A model generated the notes under the pieces. It ran no database searches and was not told where the DNA came from. It saw nothing but the letters and a program-made list of their open reading frames with translations. The translations under genes and the position numbers were made by a program. This document shows positions 50,937-62,095 of a DNA stretch of 64,000 nt, one piece after another. Origin of the DNA: an uncultured Bacteroidia bacterium. GTDB taxonomy: Bacteria > Bacteroidota > Bacteroidia > NS11-12g > UBA9320. Positions within the stretch are counted from its first letter, which is position 1, and every line of letters starts with the position of its first letter. The DNA is taken from positions 58,004 through 122,003 of the forward strand of contig CALSMN010000007.1 of the NCBI GenBank assembly GCA_943787465.1, read 5' to 3'.

Positions 50937-52151
50937 TTACGCCGCCTTAAGTCTTAATTTTTCAATGACTTTCTTGGCATCTTTCATTTGAATAGAAATG
51001 GTCTTAACGGATTCTTGCGAAGGAGATTCATACATGTAATCACTCAATATTTCTTCACATATCGATCGAAGACCACGTGCTCCGAGTTTGAATTCCAGTG
51101 CCTTTTTGACGATGTAATCAATTACATCGTCGGCTATATCAAGCTTTATGCCTTCCATCTTGAACAAGGCTTGATACTGCCTAATCAATGCATTTTTGGG
51201 TTCCAACAGTATAGACTTAAGAGTTGCTGCATCTAGTGGTTGTAGTGCCGTAAGAACTGGAATTCGTCCAATAATTTCTGGTATTAAACCAAATTGTTTT
51301 ACATCCGCCTGCATTACATATTCTAAATAGTTTTCTGATTGAATATCTTTAGTGGTATGTGATTTGAATCCCAATGCTCCCGCTTGTAGTCTTCTACTAA
51401 TAATTTTGTCGATACCATCAAAAGCACCACCACAGATAAATAAGATATTTTTAGTATCAATTTTTATCATCTTCTGATCAGGATGTTTTCGGCCTCCTTG
51501 TGGAGCAACATTTGCAACTGTACCTTCTAAAATTTTAAGTAAGCCTTGCTGAACACCCTCACCACTTACATCCCGAGTTATACTAGGATTATCTGACTTT
51601 CGAGCGATCTTATCAATCTCATCAATATATATAATCCCTCGTTCTGTAGCTTCTTGATCGTAATCTGAGGCTTGATAGAGTCTTGAAATAATGCTTTCAA
51701 CATCCTCACCTACATATCCAGCCTCAGTCAGGACAGTTGCATCCGCTATGCAAAAGGGTACTTCCAGACTTCGAGCAAGTGTTTTTGCTAAAAGTGTCTT
51801 ACCTGTCCCTGTTTCCCCGATCAATAAGACATTCGACTTTTCAATTTCTATATCTTCAGTATCAGAAACAAAAGACAACCTCTTGTAGTGGTTATATACC
51901 GCTACACTCAGTGTTTTTTTGGCTTTTTCTTGTCCAATTACATACTGATCTAACAGTAATTTAATGGCTTTAGGCTTTAATAATTTAAATAAAGCTTTTT
52001 TATCTTTTTTTGGCGTAGAGTTTGATTCACTGCGAATAATCTCATTTCCTTGTTCAATACAATCTTCACAAATATGTGCATCGATTCCAGAAATAAGTAA
52101 TCCTACTTCACCTTTGCTTCGACCACAGAAAGAACAGGTTAATTGCATCAT
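50937..52151 (-). CDS. clpX: ATP-dependent Clp protease ATP-binding subunit ClpX
   Basis: The N-terminal zinc finger is [27 protein letters not shown]. The Walker A is GETGTGKT. Confidence 0.95.
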   Translation of the reverse strand: MMQLTCSFCGRSKGEVGLLISGIDAHICEDCIEQGNEIIRSESNSTPKKDKKALFKLLKPKAIKLLLDQYVIGQEKAKKTLSVAVYNHYKRLSFVSDTEDIEIEKSNVLLIGETGTGKTLLAKTLARSLEVPFCIADATVLTEAGYVGEDVESIISRLYQASDYDQEATERGIIYIDEIDKIARKSDNPSITRDVSGEGVQQGLLKILEGTVANVAPQGGRKHPDQKMIKIDTKNILFICGGAFDGIDKIISRRLQAGALGFKSHTTKDIQSENYLEYVMQADVKQFGLIPEIIGRIPVLTALQPLDAATLKSILLEPKNALIRQYQALFKMEGIKLDIADDVIDYIVKKALEFKLGARGLRSICEEILSDYMYESPSQESVKTISIQMKDAKKVIEKLRLKAA

Positions 52152-52832
52152 CTATTTTCTTATAAGAACTTCGTCAATCATGCCATATTCTTTGGCTTCA
52201 TGAGCCGTCATCCAGAAATCCCGTTCACTATCTTTTTCTACTTTATTAAATTTTTGACCAGAGTGATGGGCAATTATTTCATACAGTTCTTTTTTGAGTT
52301 TGATAATTTCTTTAACGGTAATTTCCATATCTGTAGCTTGTCCTTGTGCTCCACCCAATGGTTGATGAATCATAACACGACTGTGTTTCAATGCTGTACG
52401 TTTTCCTTTAGCACCTGCACACATCAGAACAGCACCCATACTTGCTGCTATCCCTGTACAAATTGTAGCCACATCAGGAGCTATATACTGCATGGTATCG
52501 TAGATACCCAAACCTGCATACACTGAGCCACCGGGACTGTTAATATAAATTTGAATGTCTCTCTTGGCATCCGAACTCTCTAAAAAAAGCAACTGTGCTT
52601 GAACTACATTAGCGATATAATCATCAATACCTGTACCCAAAAAAATGATTCGATCAGCCATTAATCTAGAAAACACGTCAACCTCTCTAAAAGGCATTTG
52701 TCTTTCTTCGATTACAGTCCTTGTCATATCTTGGGGTGTTTGAATGGAACTAGACATGTAGTGATCTACTTTAATGCTACTAATCCCCATATGCTTTGTT
52801 GCATATTTTTTAAATTCTTTTCCGTAATCCAT
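52152..52832 (-). CDS. clpP: ATP-dependent Clp protease proteolytic subunit ClpP
   Basis: The motif GIAASMGAV holds the catalytic Ser. It is adjacent to clpX. Confidence 0.95.
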   Translation of the reverse strand: MDYGKEFKKYATKHMGISSIKVDHYMSSSIQTPQDMTRTVIEERQMPFREVDVFSRLMADRIIFLGTGIDDYIANVVQAQLLFLESSDAKRDIQIYINSPGGSVYAGLGIYDTMQYIAPDVATICTGIAASMGAVLMCAGAKGKRTALKHSRVMIHQPLGGAQGQATDMEITVKEIIKLKKELYEIIAHHSGQKFNKVEKDSERDFWMTAHEAKEYGMIDEVLIRK

Positions 52833-52930
52833 TCTTGTAATTTTAAATATTTGTCAAATTTACATAATTCAATTGTTTTACATAGCCATAAAAAAACCAC
52901 TTATGAAAAGTGGTTTCAGTGCGCTACCAA

Positions 52931-54304
52931 TTATTTCTTTTCGTTAAATTTTTTGATCTCATCATAAAATTTATCGACTGATATTTTTTTAGATTTAATT
53001 GTAATGAGCTGTTTTACTTGGTCCAGCACCTTTTTTTCTACAACAACATCTCTAATTCTTAGTAAATAATTTTTATCTTCTCTGTTTTTGGCTTCAAAGT
53101 TCTGAATCATTGCAGGATCAGGATTATTTAATCCATATTGTCGTAACATCTGAGCAGTATAGGCAAATGAGGTTTGGTTGATATCTTCATCAGAAACTTC
53201 GACATGGTATTGTTCTGCAATTTTTTCCCGGATTAACTGTTTACGAAGCACAACCGACTCGTTTGAGTAGAGTTCATCTACTTTTTCGGGAGTGTATGTT
53301 TCTGGCTTTGTACCTTGGAGCCAACGTTTAAGAAAACTATCTGGAAGAACAAGCGGATGACTTTTTTCAAGCAATGTGTTTATTTCTGCTTCTAATTGTT
53401 TTTCAGCTTCTGCAATATAATAAGAACCTAAATTTTCCTCTATTTTTTTATTGAAATCTTCTTCAGAGGAAACTAATCCAGGCCCCATTACTAAATCAAA
53501 GAATGCTTGATTAAGTTCAGCAGGCATTACTTTTTTGATTTCTTTGACTGTAGACTTAAACTTCTTATTCAGACTACTTACTGCTTCTTTATCTATGCCT
53601 AAAGAGTGAGAAATAACCATTTCATTATCATTGAATAAGTCGAAAACATCTACTTCAAATTCATCATTGGTGCTCAGAGCAAGTAATTGTTTCTTAACTT
53701 TTTTGCTTTTAACTACTTCAGGTAAAACGGTAACTTCCTGTTCAAAAACGCCACCATCTTTGGCATTTTTTCCGTCTAGTTCTGTTACAATTAGTACGAT
53801 AGAATCATTTTCTGATTCCACTTTTTCGATAGTTTCTAATGAGCCATTTTGACGTCTTAAATTCTTAATTTCTGTTTCTACTTCTTTCTGATCAAGCGAA
53901 ATTTCATAGCGAGTTAATTTATCTTTTTCTGATATTTTCAGATCAAAAATAGGCGCAAGACCTAAATCAAAATGGAATATAAAATCTCCATAGTTATCAA
54001 AATCTGTAATGCTTTCTTTTGATTCACTGGTCATCGGTTGACCAAGTATATCAATGGTATTATCTTGAAGATACTTATATAATTCCTCAGACGCAATTCG
54101 ATTGACCTCTTCGAATAAAACACTCTTCCCTATCATTTGCTTCACCATTCCAATAGGAACAGTACCTGGTCTAAAACCAGGAATTTTGGCTTTTTTACGA
54201 TAATCCTTAAACTGCTTATTCAAATTTTCTTGATAGTCTTCATTTTTAACTTCAATGCTAATTATTGCATTCAGTGAATCTAATTTTTCAAAGGTAACCT
54301 TCAT
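52931..54304 (-). CDS. tig: trigger factor
   Basis: 457 aa. There is an N-terminal ribosome-binding domain with a GFRPG-type motif, and a PPIase-like middle domain. It lies upstream of clpP. Confidence 0.9.
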   Translation of the reverse strand: MKVTFEKLDSLNAIISIEVKNEDYQENLNKQFKDYRKKAKIPGFRPGTVPIGMVKQMIGKSVLFEEVNRIASEELYKYLQDNTIDILGQPMTSESKESITDFDNYGDFIFHFDLGLAPIFDLKISEKDKLTRYEISLDQKEVETEIKNLRRQNGSLETIEKVESENDSIVLIVTELDGKNAKDGGVFEQEVTVLPEVVKSKKVKKQLLALSTNDEFEVDVFDLFNDNEMVISHSLGIDKEAVSSLNKKFKSTVKEIKKVMPAELNQAFFDLVMGPGLVSSEEDFNKKIEENLGSYYIAEAEKQLEAEINTLLEKSHPLVLPDSFLKRWLQGTKPETYTPEKVDELYSNESVVLRKQLIREKIAEQYHVEVSDEDINQTSFAYTAQMLRQYGLNNPDPAMIQNFEAKNREDKNYLLRIRDVVVEKKVLDQVKQLITIKSKKISVDKFYDEIKKFNEKK

Positions 54305-54370
54305 TTAAAACAGTATTTTTATATTTTTTGGATGTAGTATGTGTAAGTTTTGATACTTTATTTTATTGTA

Positions 54371-54403
54371 TTATAAAAAACAAAACCCTGCAATAACAGG
54401 GCT
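54371..54403 (-). terminator. rho-independent terminator downstream of tRNA-Leu (minus strand)
   Basis: On the minus strand the stem is CCCTG / CAGGG with a 6-nt loop, followed by TTTTGTTTTTT. Confidence 0.6.
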
Positions 54404-54417
54404 TGTCGTTTCATGAG

Positions 54418-54499
54418 TGCGGGCGAAAGGACTCGAACCTTCACACCGTGAGGCACTAGATCCTAAGTCTAGCGTGTCTACCAATTTCACCACGCCCGC
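54418..54499 (-). tRNA. tRNA-Leu (anticodon TAG)
   Basis: 82 nt. The acceptor stem is GCGGGCG/CGCCCGC. The anticodon stem is CTAGA/TCTAG with loop CTTAGGA. It has a long variable arm and a T-arm GGTTCGAGTCC. No CCA is encoded. Confidence 0.85.
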
Positions 54500-54566
54500 T
54501 TCAATTTTCCTTTTATTAAAGGGCTGCAAATGTAAAATAATATTCAGTTTAGGTCAATGTTTATTA

Positions 54567-54605
54567 CAAAAAAAATCCATCATTTGAATGATGGATTTTT
54601 TTTTG
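54567..54605. terminator. bidirectional rho-independent terminator after the BNR-repeat gene
   Basis: Perfect 8-bp stem ATCCATCA / TGATGGAT at 54575-54582 and 54589-54596, flanked by A8 and T9 runs. Confidence 0.75.
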
Positions 54606-54619
54606 ATTTTGAACAGCTA

Positions 54620-56581
54620 TTACTTTACCTGCATTTTTTTGGTAACTTGATGATTATCAGTAGCTATTGTGTAAAAGTAAATACCTGAAGTGAGTCCATT
54701 ACCATCAATAGATAACGTGTGATTTCCAGCATTCATAACTCCTAAATCGCCTTGATTTAACACATTTCCTAATATATCAGAAATAGTCAGTGTTACAGGA
54801 GATCCTGAACTTAAATAGATCATAACTTGAGATGTTCCATCAAAAGGATTGGGTTGATTTTGGCTCACTACAAAAACCTCATTCATGTTATTTTCTTGCA
54901 CACTAGCTGTTCGGACATCATTACCAATGACATTCGCTAAAATATCAGCCGTAGGAATCGCTGCATATTTCATAGTGTTGATTTCATTTGGATGAGAACC
55001 CGCACTGGCTGAGTGATTTTGCAAGAATGTTCCGGGGGTTTCGTCTTGTTGCCAAAGTACATGTAAAAAATCATTAGCTGATTTAGCAGCACAAGGGAAA
55101 TTACACTCTTGTGTTCCATCTTGCGTTAAATTTTGTGGACCATTCCAAGTTTCTCCTCCATCAGTAGAATAAGATACCATTATATCTCTGAAATTGGCAT
55201 TCAAAAAGTGAAGTTGATTTTCAACAGGTGCAGAATACACTACGAATAGATTTCCATCGGCATCCATACTAGCACTGGGCATAGTCACTAACGATGTAGC
55301 ACCTGTTCGGGTTGCTGATAATAAGTTATTGGGTACATTGCCATTTCCATCTAAACCACTTAATGTTTCGGACGTAATATCATACTGACCATTTTGGTCC
55401 AAATCAAAACCAGAACCTGCAATTCGTGATTCTGAATCCCCCTCTTTCCAATGTCTAATTTGGGATTGTCCTGGGAAAAAAGAATACGAGGTGTCTCCAG
55501 TACTAGCTATACCTCCCATTACTCTACCTAATCCCCAAAAAGCATGTACTTGACCTGAAGCATCAATCATCACATCTACGGAACCATCATTTGTATTTAT
55601 GGTATCTCCAGATAACAGTAATTTAGCATTAGCACGATCTCCTTTAAAAGGAAGATTATCGATATCTGTATAGGTCCAAGACTCACCATTATCTGTTGAT
55701 TTCCATAGGGATAAAGGATCACCCAAACCGCCTAAAAGAATAGCTACTATAGAATCTCTAACATCGATAGCATAACTATCTCCACCGCCTGTTTGAAACA
55801 GTGTACTATCATATCCAGGCAAAAGAGCATGCGTAATATCCGCTGTATCGCCAGAAACATCCCATCGACTATACGTTGTAGGGCTAGATACCCCATCACG
55901 GGTTACTAAAGGTACCCCATTTGCATCACTAAACCAATAGTTTGATATCAAATGAACTTTTCCATTTGATGTGGCACTTCTATTCCAAATGGGTACTCGA
56001 TTAGTATTGACATTGGATACATCATCCAATATAGCTGATGTACTTATGAAATTTGTGCTTCCCTTTGTGCTATTGCGAGAAGCTACAAATCCTCCTGTAT
56101 TGGACTCATGTGCTATAATCATTTCAGATCCATCTTCTAGTAACATAACCGACGGCCATCCAGTTCTTCCACTAGACTCAATCTTGTTATCTCTACCCGT
56201 ATACCACGTTGTACCATCAGAATAGTTGTAACCAGACCCTCTGTTGGGATATCCAGTTCCAGCATCTGGACTAGTGGTCCAAACTGCAGATATCGTTCCA
56301 TCTGCATGTAATGCAATTCTTCGACCTGGACTAGAATTTGTTTGTAAATCGTAGTACGTTTGACCTAAATCAATATAATCGTAGTTTACCGCTTTTTTGG
56401 TTTTTATTGATTCTTTTCTGGGAACTACGGGTCCAGGTATATATTCATTATCCGTTGCTATTTTAGATGAATTTTCTAATACAACTGCATGTGAATTAGG
56501 AACTGGGAGTTCTTTTAATTGATTTTGTGAAAATGATAAAATTGAGATGGCTAAAAAACCGAGAGTTAGTGTATTTTTCAT
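54620..56581 (-). CDS. secreted BNR/Asp-box repeat protein with T9SS type-A C-terminal sorting domain
   Basis: Signal peptide present. Asp-box repeats include STDNGESWT and STDGGETW. The C-terminal about 80 aa has the Por-secretion CTD pattern (VTLTISDILGNV...GIYFYTI). Confidence 0.65.
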   Translation of the reverse strand: MKNTLTLGFLAISILSFSQNQLKELPVPNSHAVVLENSSKIATDNEYIPGPVVPRKESIKTKKAVNYDYIDLGQTYYDLQTNSSPGRRIALHADGTISAVWTTSPDAGTGYPNRGSGYNYSDGTTWYTGRDNKIESSGRTGWPSVMLLEDGSEMIIAHESNTGGFVASRNSTKGSTNFISTSAILDDVSNVNTNRVPIWNRSATSNGKVHLISNYWFSDANGVPLVTRDGVSSPTTYSRWDVSGDTADITHALLPGYDSTLFQTGGGDSYAIDVRDSIVAILLGGLGDPLSLWKSTDNGESWTYTDIDNLPFKGDRANAKLLLSGDTINTNDGSVDVMIDASGQVHAFWGLGRVMGGIASTGDTSYSFFPGQSQIRHWKEGDSESRIAGSGFDLDQNGQYDITSETLSGLDGNGNVPNNLLSATRTGATSLVTMPSASMDADGNLFVVYSAPVENQLHFLNANFRDIMVSYSTDGGETWNGPQNLTQDGTQECNFPCAAKSANDFLHVLWQQDETPGTFLQNHSASAGSHPNEINTMKYAAIPTADILANVIGNDVRTASVQENNMNEVFVVSQNQPNPFDGTSQVMIYLSSGSPVTLTISDILGNVLNQGDLGVMNAGNHTLSIDGNGLTSGIYFYTIATDNHQVTKKMQVK

Positions 56582-56659
56582 TGATTATATTATGTAAAGT
56601 TACTTTGTAATAACATTTCGAAAATAATACTTTTTTGACTTTATGTCCAAAATCAGTTC

Positions 56660-57685
56660 TTAAATACTTACTATTTTTAGGATTGTTTCCTCGAAAAGTG
56701 TTTGAGGATTTTTATTCTGTTGTGTTATGCCCTTAAATTTTAAATCACAATCACTGATATACCCCATCACCTCTACTATTTTTTTACCCCCATAATTTCG
56801 GGCAGCCTCTCTATATTCACCGATAGCAAAATAAGGAATACCTGTGGCTGCTATCACTTCTTTGTCTGTATTTTTTCCCATGCTTTGAACCATCGCTATC
56901 TTTCTGAAATAACTAAATAATGAAGCATTGAGCATGACTACCGGATAATCATGAATATTTGAAGTAAAATAGTGAACAATTTCTACTACTTGATTTTTCT
57001 TTTTTTGTGCTAAAGCCTTTTGAAGTGAAAAAATATTGAAAGACTTATTAATCCCTACAAATTTTTCAATATGCTCAACTCTTATTTTATTTCCCACGTC
57101 AAGATTTGAAAAGACTTTTTCTAACTCACTGACCATCGTAGAAAATTTATAACCACTGTTCTCTGACAGTAAATGCAATGATTTTGGCTCAATATCATAC
57201 CCTTTTTCGTGGATGTATTGTTGTACTACTTGAAAAACCTCTCGATCTGAAACAGGGTCAGCGTTGAAAATAACCGCATGTTTTTTCATTGCCATCCCTA
57301 ATTTTCGATTCATGGGAAGTTTCTTGCCAGGATGATACCATACTAAAACTGTACTTCCCGCTGGTGATTCTAGATAAGGGATAATCGCTTCTGGTGATTT
57401 ACAATATTGAGCTTCTTTGAATACAACCAGTTGTTTTTCTGCCATCATTGGAAATCGACGAGCAGTATTTACAATATTTTCAACAGCTACATCTTTGCCA
57501 TAAAATACATGATGATTAAAACTTGCTGTTGCTTGATCTAAAGCTACTTCTTCTATTTTAGTTAATAATTGATCCAAAAAATAATATTCATCCCCATGCA
57601 ATAAGTACACAGGAGAAATTTGATTATTGTTGAGTTGTCCTATCAACGTATTGAAATCTGTGTATGAACTACTACCTTTGGCCAT
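56660..57685 (-). CDS. holA: DNA polymerase III subunit delta
   Basis: 341 aa. The N-terminus ISPVYLLHGDEYYFLDQL and the overall delta-subunit fold pattern match HolA. Confidence 0.85.
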   Translation of the reverse strand: MAKGSSSYTDFNTLIGQLNNNQISPVYLLHGDEYYFLDQLLTKIEEVALDQATASFNHHVFYGKDVAVENIVNTARRFPMMAEKQLVVFKEAQYCKSPEAIIPYLESPAGSTVLVWYHPGKKLPMNRKLGMAMKKHAVIFNADPVSDREVFQVVQQYIHEKGYDIEPKSLHLLSENSGYKFSTMVSELEKVFSNLDVGNKIRVEHIEKFVGINKSFNIFSLQKALAQKKKNQVVEIVHYFTSNIHDYPVVMLNASLFSYFRKIAMVQSMGKNTDKEVIAATGIPYFAIGEYREAARNYGGKKIVEVMGYISDCDLKFKGITQQNKNPQTLFEETILKIVSI

Positions 57686-57698
57686 CTGTAATAAAGTA

Positions 57699-58151
57699 GT
57701 GCAATTAAACTTCGAAAATTTTAACTTTCAAGTAAAAACGAATAATAATGGGCAAAAACTTATTTTTGATCCATTACGTAAAAAGGAAATACGCCTCACA
57801 CCTGAAGAATGGGTCAGACAACATGTGATTCAACAACTGCTTAAAAATGGTTTTCCTTCCGGAAGAATGAGTGTTGAAAGAATGCTACCCCATACTTCGA
57901 AACGTTACGATTTAGTTTATTACAACAAACTAGGTGAACCTACACTTTTAGTGGAATGCAAAGCACCTTCGATTGCGATAACTCAAAAAACTTTGGATCA
58001 AGTAATATCCTATCTGCAACATCTAAACTCCCCAATGATTCTTATCACGAATGGAATGCAGCACATATCAATCATTAGAACTAACGAAAACTTTAAAATT
58101 GTCCATGATTTCCCTCACTATAGTGAAGAAAAAAATGTTTTTTTGCCCTAA
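57699..58151 (+). CDS. type I restriction enzyme HsdR N-terminal-domain-containing small protein (HSDR_N_2 family), probable GTG start
   Basis: LIFDPLRKKEIRLTPEEWVRQHVIQQL matches the small HsdR_N family proteins common in Bacteroidota. There is no in-frame ATG. The in-frame GTG at 57699 gives MQLNFENFNFQVK, matching typical family N-termini. Confidence 0.55.
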   Translation: MQLNFENFNFQVKTNNNGQKLIFDPLRKKEIRLTPEEWVRQHVIQQLLKNGFPSGRMSVERMLPHTSKRYDLVYYNKLGEPTLLVECKAPSIAITQKTLDQVISYLQHLNSPMILITNGMQHISIIRTNENFKIVHDFPHYSEEKNVFLP

Positions 58152-58164
58152 TATTTAAAACCAC

Positions 58165-59490
58165 ATGTCAACACTCATTATTATTATTTTCATACTTGGT
58201 TATCTAGCCATTGCCTTAGAGCATCCAATTAAAATTGACAAAGCAGCTAGTGCTTTAATTACAGGTATATTGTGTTGGACTATATACGTTTTTTCCATAG
58301 ATGGTAATGGCCATGACATTATTCACACCATTGAACATGGTCTCAATAATGGAGGTGGTTTGTATCATCATATGTATGACATTGCAAATATTTTATTCTT
58401 TCTAATGGGAGCCATGACCATTGTTGAATTAGTTGATGCCCATGAGGGATTTGCAGTTATTACGGATAAAATCAAGACTAAAAGTAGTACTAAATTACTT
58501 TGGATAATATGTTTAATAACCTTCTTCTTCTCTGCTGCATTAGATAATTTAACCACTACTATCGTCATGATTTCTTTACTCCGCAAGCTTATCGATGATG
58601 TCAAAATACGATGGATATTTGTAGGTATGGTTGTTATCTCAGCCAATGCTGGTGGAGCATGGTCGCCTATTGGAGATGTGACCACAACTATGCTTTGGAT
58701 CAAAGGTCAACTTCCCAATGTAGAGGGTATTGTAACGAATCTGTTTATTCCAAGTTTTGTTTCAATGCTGGTTCCATTAATTATTTTAAGTATGTCTCTG
58801 AAAGGTGAGATAAAGCGACCTGTCAAACAAGAAAATCTTGATCATTACATCAATCCAACCACTTCGGGTGAACGTACCTTTGTATTCTTTTTAGGTATCG
58901 CTGGATTGATTTTTGTTCCCATTTTCAAAACCTATACACACCTTCCCCCTTTTATGGGCATGATGCTGAGTCTAGGTATACTCTGGGCCATCACAGAGGT
59001 TATGCATATTGGTAAAAGTAAATCTGAAAAGCATCCATTATCGGTGATAGGCGTTCTTCAAAAAATTGATACGGCCAGTGTTTTATTCTTTCTTGGTATC
59101 TTATTGGCCGTTGGCGCTTTGCAAGAAATTGGTCATTTAAGAACAGCTGCAGAAAAACTAGACACATTATTTTCAGGTAATATATTTTCCATCAATATAG
59201 TAATTGGTCTATTGTCCAGTATTGTAGATAATGTTCCTCTGGTAGCTGCTGCTCAAGGCATGTATGATATTAGTCCCTCTGGAGATTTTGCTGCTAACGG
59301 TCGTTTTTGGGAATTTTTGGCATTTTGTGCAGGTACTGGGGGAAGTGCACTGATTATTGGTTCTGCAGCTGGAGTTGCCGCTATGGGATTAGAAAAAATC
59401 GACTTTGTTTGGTATCTAAAAAAGATTAGTTGGTTGGCCGTAATAGGATATCTATCTGGAGCACTCGTTTTCTATCTTATGTTTGCCTAA
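58165..59490 (+). CDS. ArsB/NhaD-superfamily permease (NhaD-like Na+/H+ antiporter)
   Basis: 441 aa with about 12 TM helices. The internal duplicated architecture is typical of the NhaD/CitMHS family. Confidence 0.55.
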   Translation: MSTLIIIIFILGYLAIALEHPIKIDKAASALITGILCWTIYVFSIDGNGHDIIHTIEHGLNNGGGLYHHMYDIANILFFLMGAMTIVELVDAHEGFAVITDKIKTKSSTKLLWIICLITFFFSAALDNLTTTIVMISLLRKLIDDVKIRWIFVGMVVISANAGGAWSPIGDVTTTMLWIKGQLPNVEGIVTNLFIPSFVSMLVPLIILSMSLKGEIKRPVKQENLDHYINPTTSGERTFVFFLGIAGLIFVPIFKTYTHLPPFMGMMLSLGILWAITEVMHIGKSKSEKHPLSVIGVLQKIDTASVLFFLGILLAVGALQEIGHLRTAAEKLDTLFSGNIFSINIVIGLLSSIVDNVPLVAAAQGMYDISPSGDFAANGRFWEFLAFCAGTGGSALIIGSAAGVAAMGLEKIDFVWYLKKISWLAVIGYLSGALVFYLMFA

Positions 59491-59493
59491 TAT

Positions 59494-60243
59494 ATGATTG
59501 ATGGTAAAAAAGTTATCGTTGTTTTTCCTGCATACAATGCCGCAAAAACATTAGAAAAAACTTACAATGAACTACCCTTTGATATCGTGGACGAAACCAT
59601 ATTAGTGGATGACGCAAGTAAAGATGACACGGCAGAACTTGCCAAAAAGATTGGCATCAATCATGTTATTATTCATCATCAAAACACTGGCTATGGTGGA
59701 AATCAAAAAAGCTGCTATAACAAAGCCATTGAATTAGGGGCTGATATTGCGATTATGGTTCATCCTGACTATCAATATACCCCGCTATTGGTTAAAAGCA
59801 TGTGCAGTATTATTGCTAATGGCGTATTCCCAGTTGTATATGCATCTAGGATATTAGGTAAAGGAGCTTTAAAAGGGGGAATGCCGTGGTATAAATATAT
59901 TGCTAACCGAATTTTAACTCTTTTTCAAAACCTTTTAATCAATCAAAAATTAAGCGAGTATCATACAGGATATCGTGCTTTTGATACGTCTATTTTTAAT
60001 CGAATTGACATCATGAAAAATAGCGATGATTTTATTTTTGACAATCAAATGTCTGCACAGATTTTCTATGCCGGATATGAAATTGGAGAAGTAACCTGCC
60101 CTACAAAATATTTTGACGATGCTAGCTCCATCAATTTTAAACGAAGTTCTATTTATGGACTTGGGGTGATTTGGGTTTCTATCCAGTATCGTATTTCTAA
60201 ATGGGGATTAAAAAAATTCAAACTATTTGAACTGAAAGAATAA
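59494..60243 (+). CDS. family 2 glycosyltransferase
   Basis: GT-A N-terminus VVFPAYNAAKTLEKT with a DDAS (DxD-type) motif, dolichol-phosphate-sugar-transferase-like. Confidence 0.75.
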   Translation: MIDGKKVIVVFPAYNAAKTLEKTYNELPFDIVDETILVDDASKDDTAELAKKIGINHVIIHHQNTGYGGNQKSCYNKAIELGADIAIMVHPDYQYTPLLVKSMCSIIANGVFPVVYASRILGKGALKGGMPWYKYIANRILTLFQNLLINQKLSEYHTGYRAFDTSIFNRIDIMKNSDDFIFDNQMSAQIFYAGYEIGEVTCPTKYFDDASSINFKRSSIYGLGVIWVSIQYRISKWGLKKFKLFELKE

Positions 60244-60244
60244 A

Positions 60245-61249
60245 TCAGTTACAATATTGGTTGATGTAATCCATACCCACGTGTTCTGATTTCCTCCACT
60301 GCTCACAAGCTTTTTCTTTTTGACCCAATCGATAAGAGGCTATGCCTAAGTTAAAATAAGCTAATCTTAAATCCTGATGATCATAGGCTATAGCTTTAAT
60401 GAAATCCTCTTGAGCTTCTTCATACTGTTGCAATTGAAGATGAAAAAAACCACGATCAAAGTAGTAGATTGGATTTGATTTTTCATACATAATTGCCTTG
60501 GAATAATCACTAATCGCAAGCGAATATTCATTTTGAGTGGCATAGCATTCACCTCTAATCACATACGCTTCGTGATCCTCATTAGCTGTCAAAAGATAGA
60601 TATTCAAATCCTGTATAGCTAAATTATAGTGACGAAAATCGTAATGGTATCTCCCCCTCAAAAAATATGCTTCTTTAAACGAGGGATCCATATTTATACA
60701 ATCATCCAAATCAGAAATACAACCCAGGGTATCTCTCATCAGGTAACGTATTCTTGATCTCTGGATTAACTCAGATGGGACACTAGCTTCCAACTTAGAT
60801 GCTTTTTCCATGTCTTCGTATGCCTCGGACTTCATACCAAATTTTACTAAAATATCAAGCCTTGATAAATAACCATTTATATCATTGGGATTAAGAATAA
60901 CATACATGTTCAAATCATTCAGTGCTTTTTCAGGTTCATCAATAGCCATAAAAACGAATGCACGATTATAAAAAGCGTCTCCAACTCCAGGGTCTAGTTT
61001 AATACATTGACTTAAATCCTTAAGAGCCAAATCAAATTCTTGCATTTCAGCATATACACTTCCTCTTCCCCAATACGCCTCAGCCAAAGACGGATTAAGC
61101 TCTAGCGCAGCATTAAAATCTTTAATTGCACCCAACACATTCCCTTCTTCAAATTTATCGATACCTGAATTGTACCAGCCCAATGCATCCTGAGCAATAC
61201 TGGTTATTGAATAAAAGGAAATAGCTATAAAAACAAAATATTTTTTCAT
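60245..61249 (-). CDS. tetratricopeptide-repeat protein with signal peptide
   Basis: Multiple 34-aa TPR units (AxxYxxxGxxY patterns) throughout. Confidence 0.7.
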   Translation of the reverse strand: MKKYFVFIAISFYSITSIAQDALGWYNSGIDKFEEGNVLGAIKDFNAALELNPSLAEAYWGRGSVYAEMQEFDLALKDLSQCIKLDPGVGDAFYNRAFVFMAIDEPEKALNDLNMYVILNPNDINGYLSRLDILVKFGMKSEAYEDMEKASKLEASVPSELIQRSRIRYLMRDTLGCISDLDDCINMDPSFKEAYFLRGRYHYDFRHYNLAIQDLNIYLLTANEDHEAYVIRGECYATQNEYSLAISDYSKAIMYEKSNPIYYFDRGFFHLQLQQYEEAQEDFIKAIAYDHQDLRLAYFNLGIASYRLGQKEKACEQWRKSEHVGMDYINQYCN

Positions 61250-61327
61250 AAACTAACACAATGATAATGATGAAAATAACAAGGAATGTACCTATATTTC
61301 CACACCATTACTATTCATGCTAGATAA

Positions 61328-62095
61328 ATGAACATCTTAGAAAAGAAAGAAAACATATTATTCCTAATTTTAGGTGGTTTTTTTGTTTCAAATGCGATTA
61401 TCGCTGAATTTATTGGTGTAAAGATTTTCTCATTAGAGAACACCTTAGGATTTGACTCATTTTCATACACCGTATTTGGGGAATTAATGAGTTTTAACCT
61501 TACTGCAGGAGTGGTTATATGGCCCGTAGTTTTTATCATGACAGACATCATCAATGAATATTTTGGTATCAAGGGAGTACGATTCCTGTCATTTTTAGCA
61601 GTGGGACTCATAAGTTATGCTTTCTTGATTGTCATTTTTGCAATTCATTTATCCCCTGCAACTTGGTGGGTAAAAAGTGCTATTTCAGAGGGAGTACCTA
61701 ATTTTCAATTCGCATTTCAAAAAATATTTGGTCAAGGTTTATGGATCATTATTGGATCGCTAGTTGCTTTTTTAATTGGACAAATCATAGATGTCAAAGT
61801 ATTTCAAAAATTAAAATCGTTGACGGGAGAAAAAAAAATATGGTTAAGAGCAACTGGAAGCACCCTAGTCAGTCAACTTATAGATAGCTTTATTGTATTG
61901 TTTATTGCCTTTAAAATTGGTGCAGATTGGAGTTGGAGTCTTCTTATTGCTGTTGGTCTAAATAATTATATTTTTAAATTTTTAATAGCCATTGTACTTA
62001 CACCCCTGATTTATTTCAGTCATGCTATTATTGATTGGTATTTGGGTGAAGACTTGGCTCATCATCTGAAAGAAGAGGCATTGAGAAACACCTAA
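61328..62095 (+). CDS. queuosine precursor transporter (YhhQ/VUT family)
   Basis: 255 aa with 6 TM helices. The motifs IWPVVFIMTDIINEYFG and SQLIDSF are typical of the DUF165/YhhQ family. Confidence 0.7.
   Translation: MNILEKKENILFLILGGFFVSNAIIAEFIGVKIFSLENTLGFDSFSYTVFGELMSFNLTAGVVIWPVVFIMTDIINEYFGIKGVRFLSFLAVGLISYAFLIVIFAIHLSPATWWVKSAISEGVPNFQFAFQKIFGQGLWIIIGSLVAFLIGQIIDVKVFQKLKSLTGEKKIWLRATGSTLVSQLIDSFIVLFIAFKIGADWSWSLLIAVGLNNYIFKFLIAIVLTPLIYFSHAIIDWYLGEDLAHHLKEEALRNT

Noticed and set aside
54305-54619. Integrated element at tRNA-Leu
   Set aside because: The flanks contain only terminator hairpins. There is no integrase, no direct repeat of the tRNA 3' end and no cargo genes.
61250-61327. 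preQ1 riboswitch upstream of the queuosine-precursor transporter
   Set aside because: The 78-bp leader is AT-rich and shows neither the preQ1-I hairpin/A-rich tail nor preQ1-II/III features.
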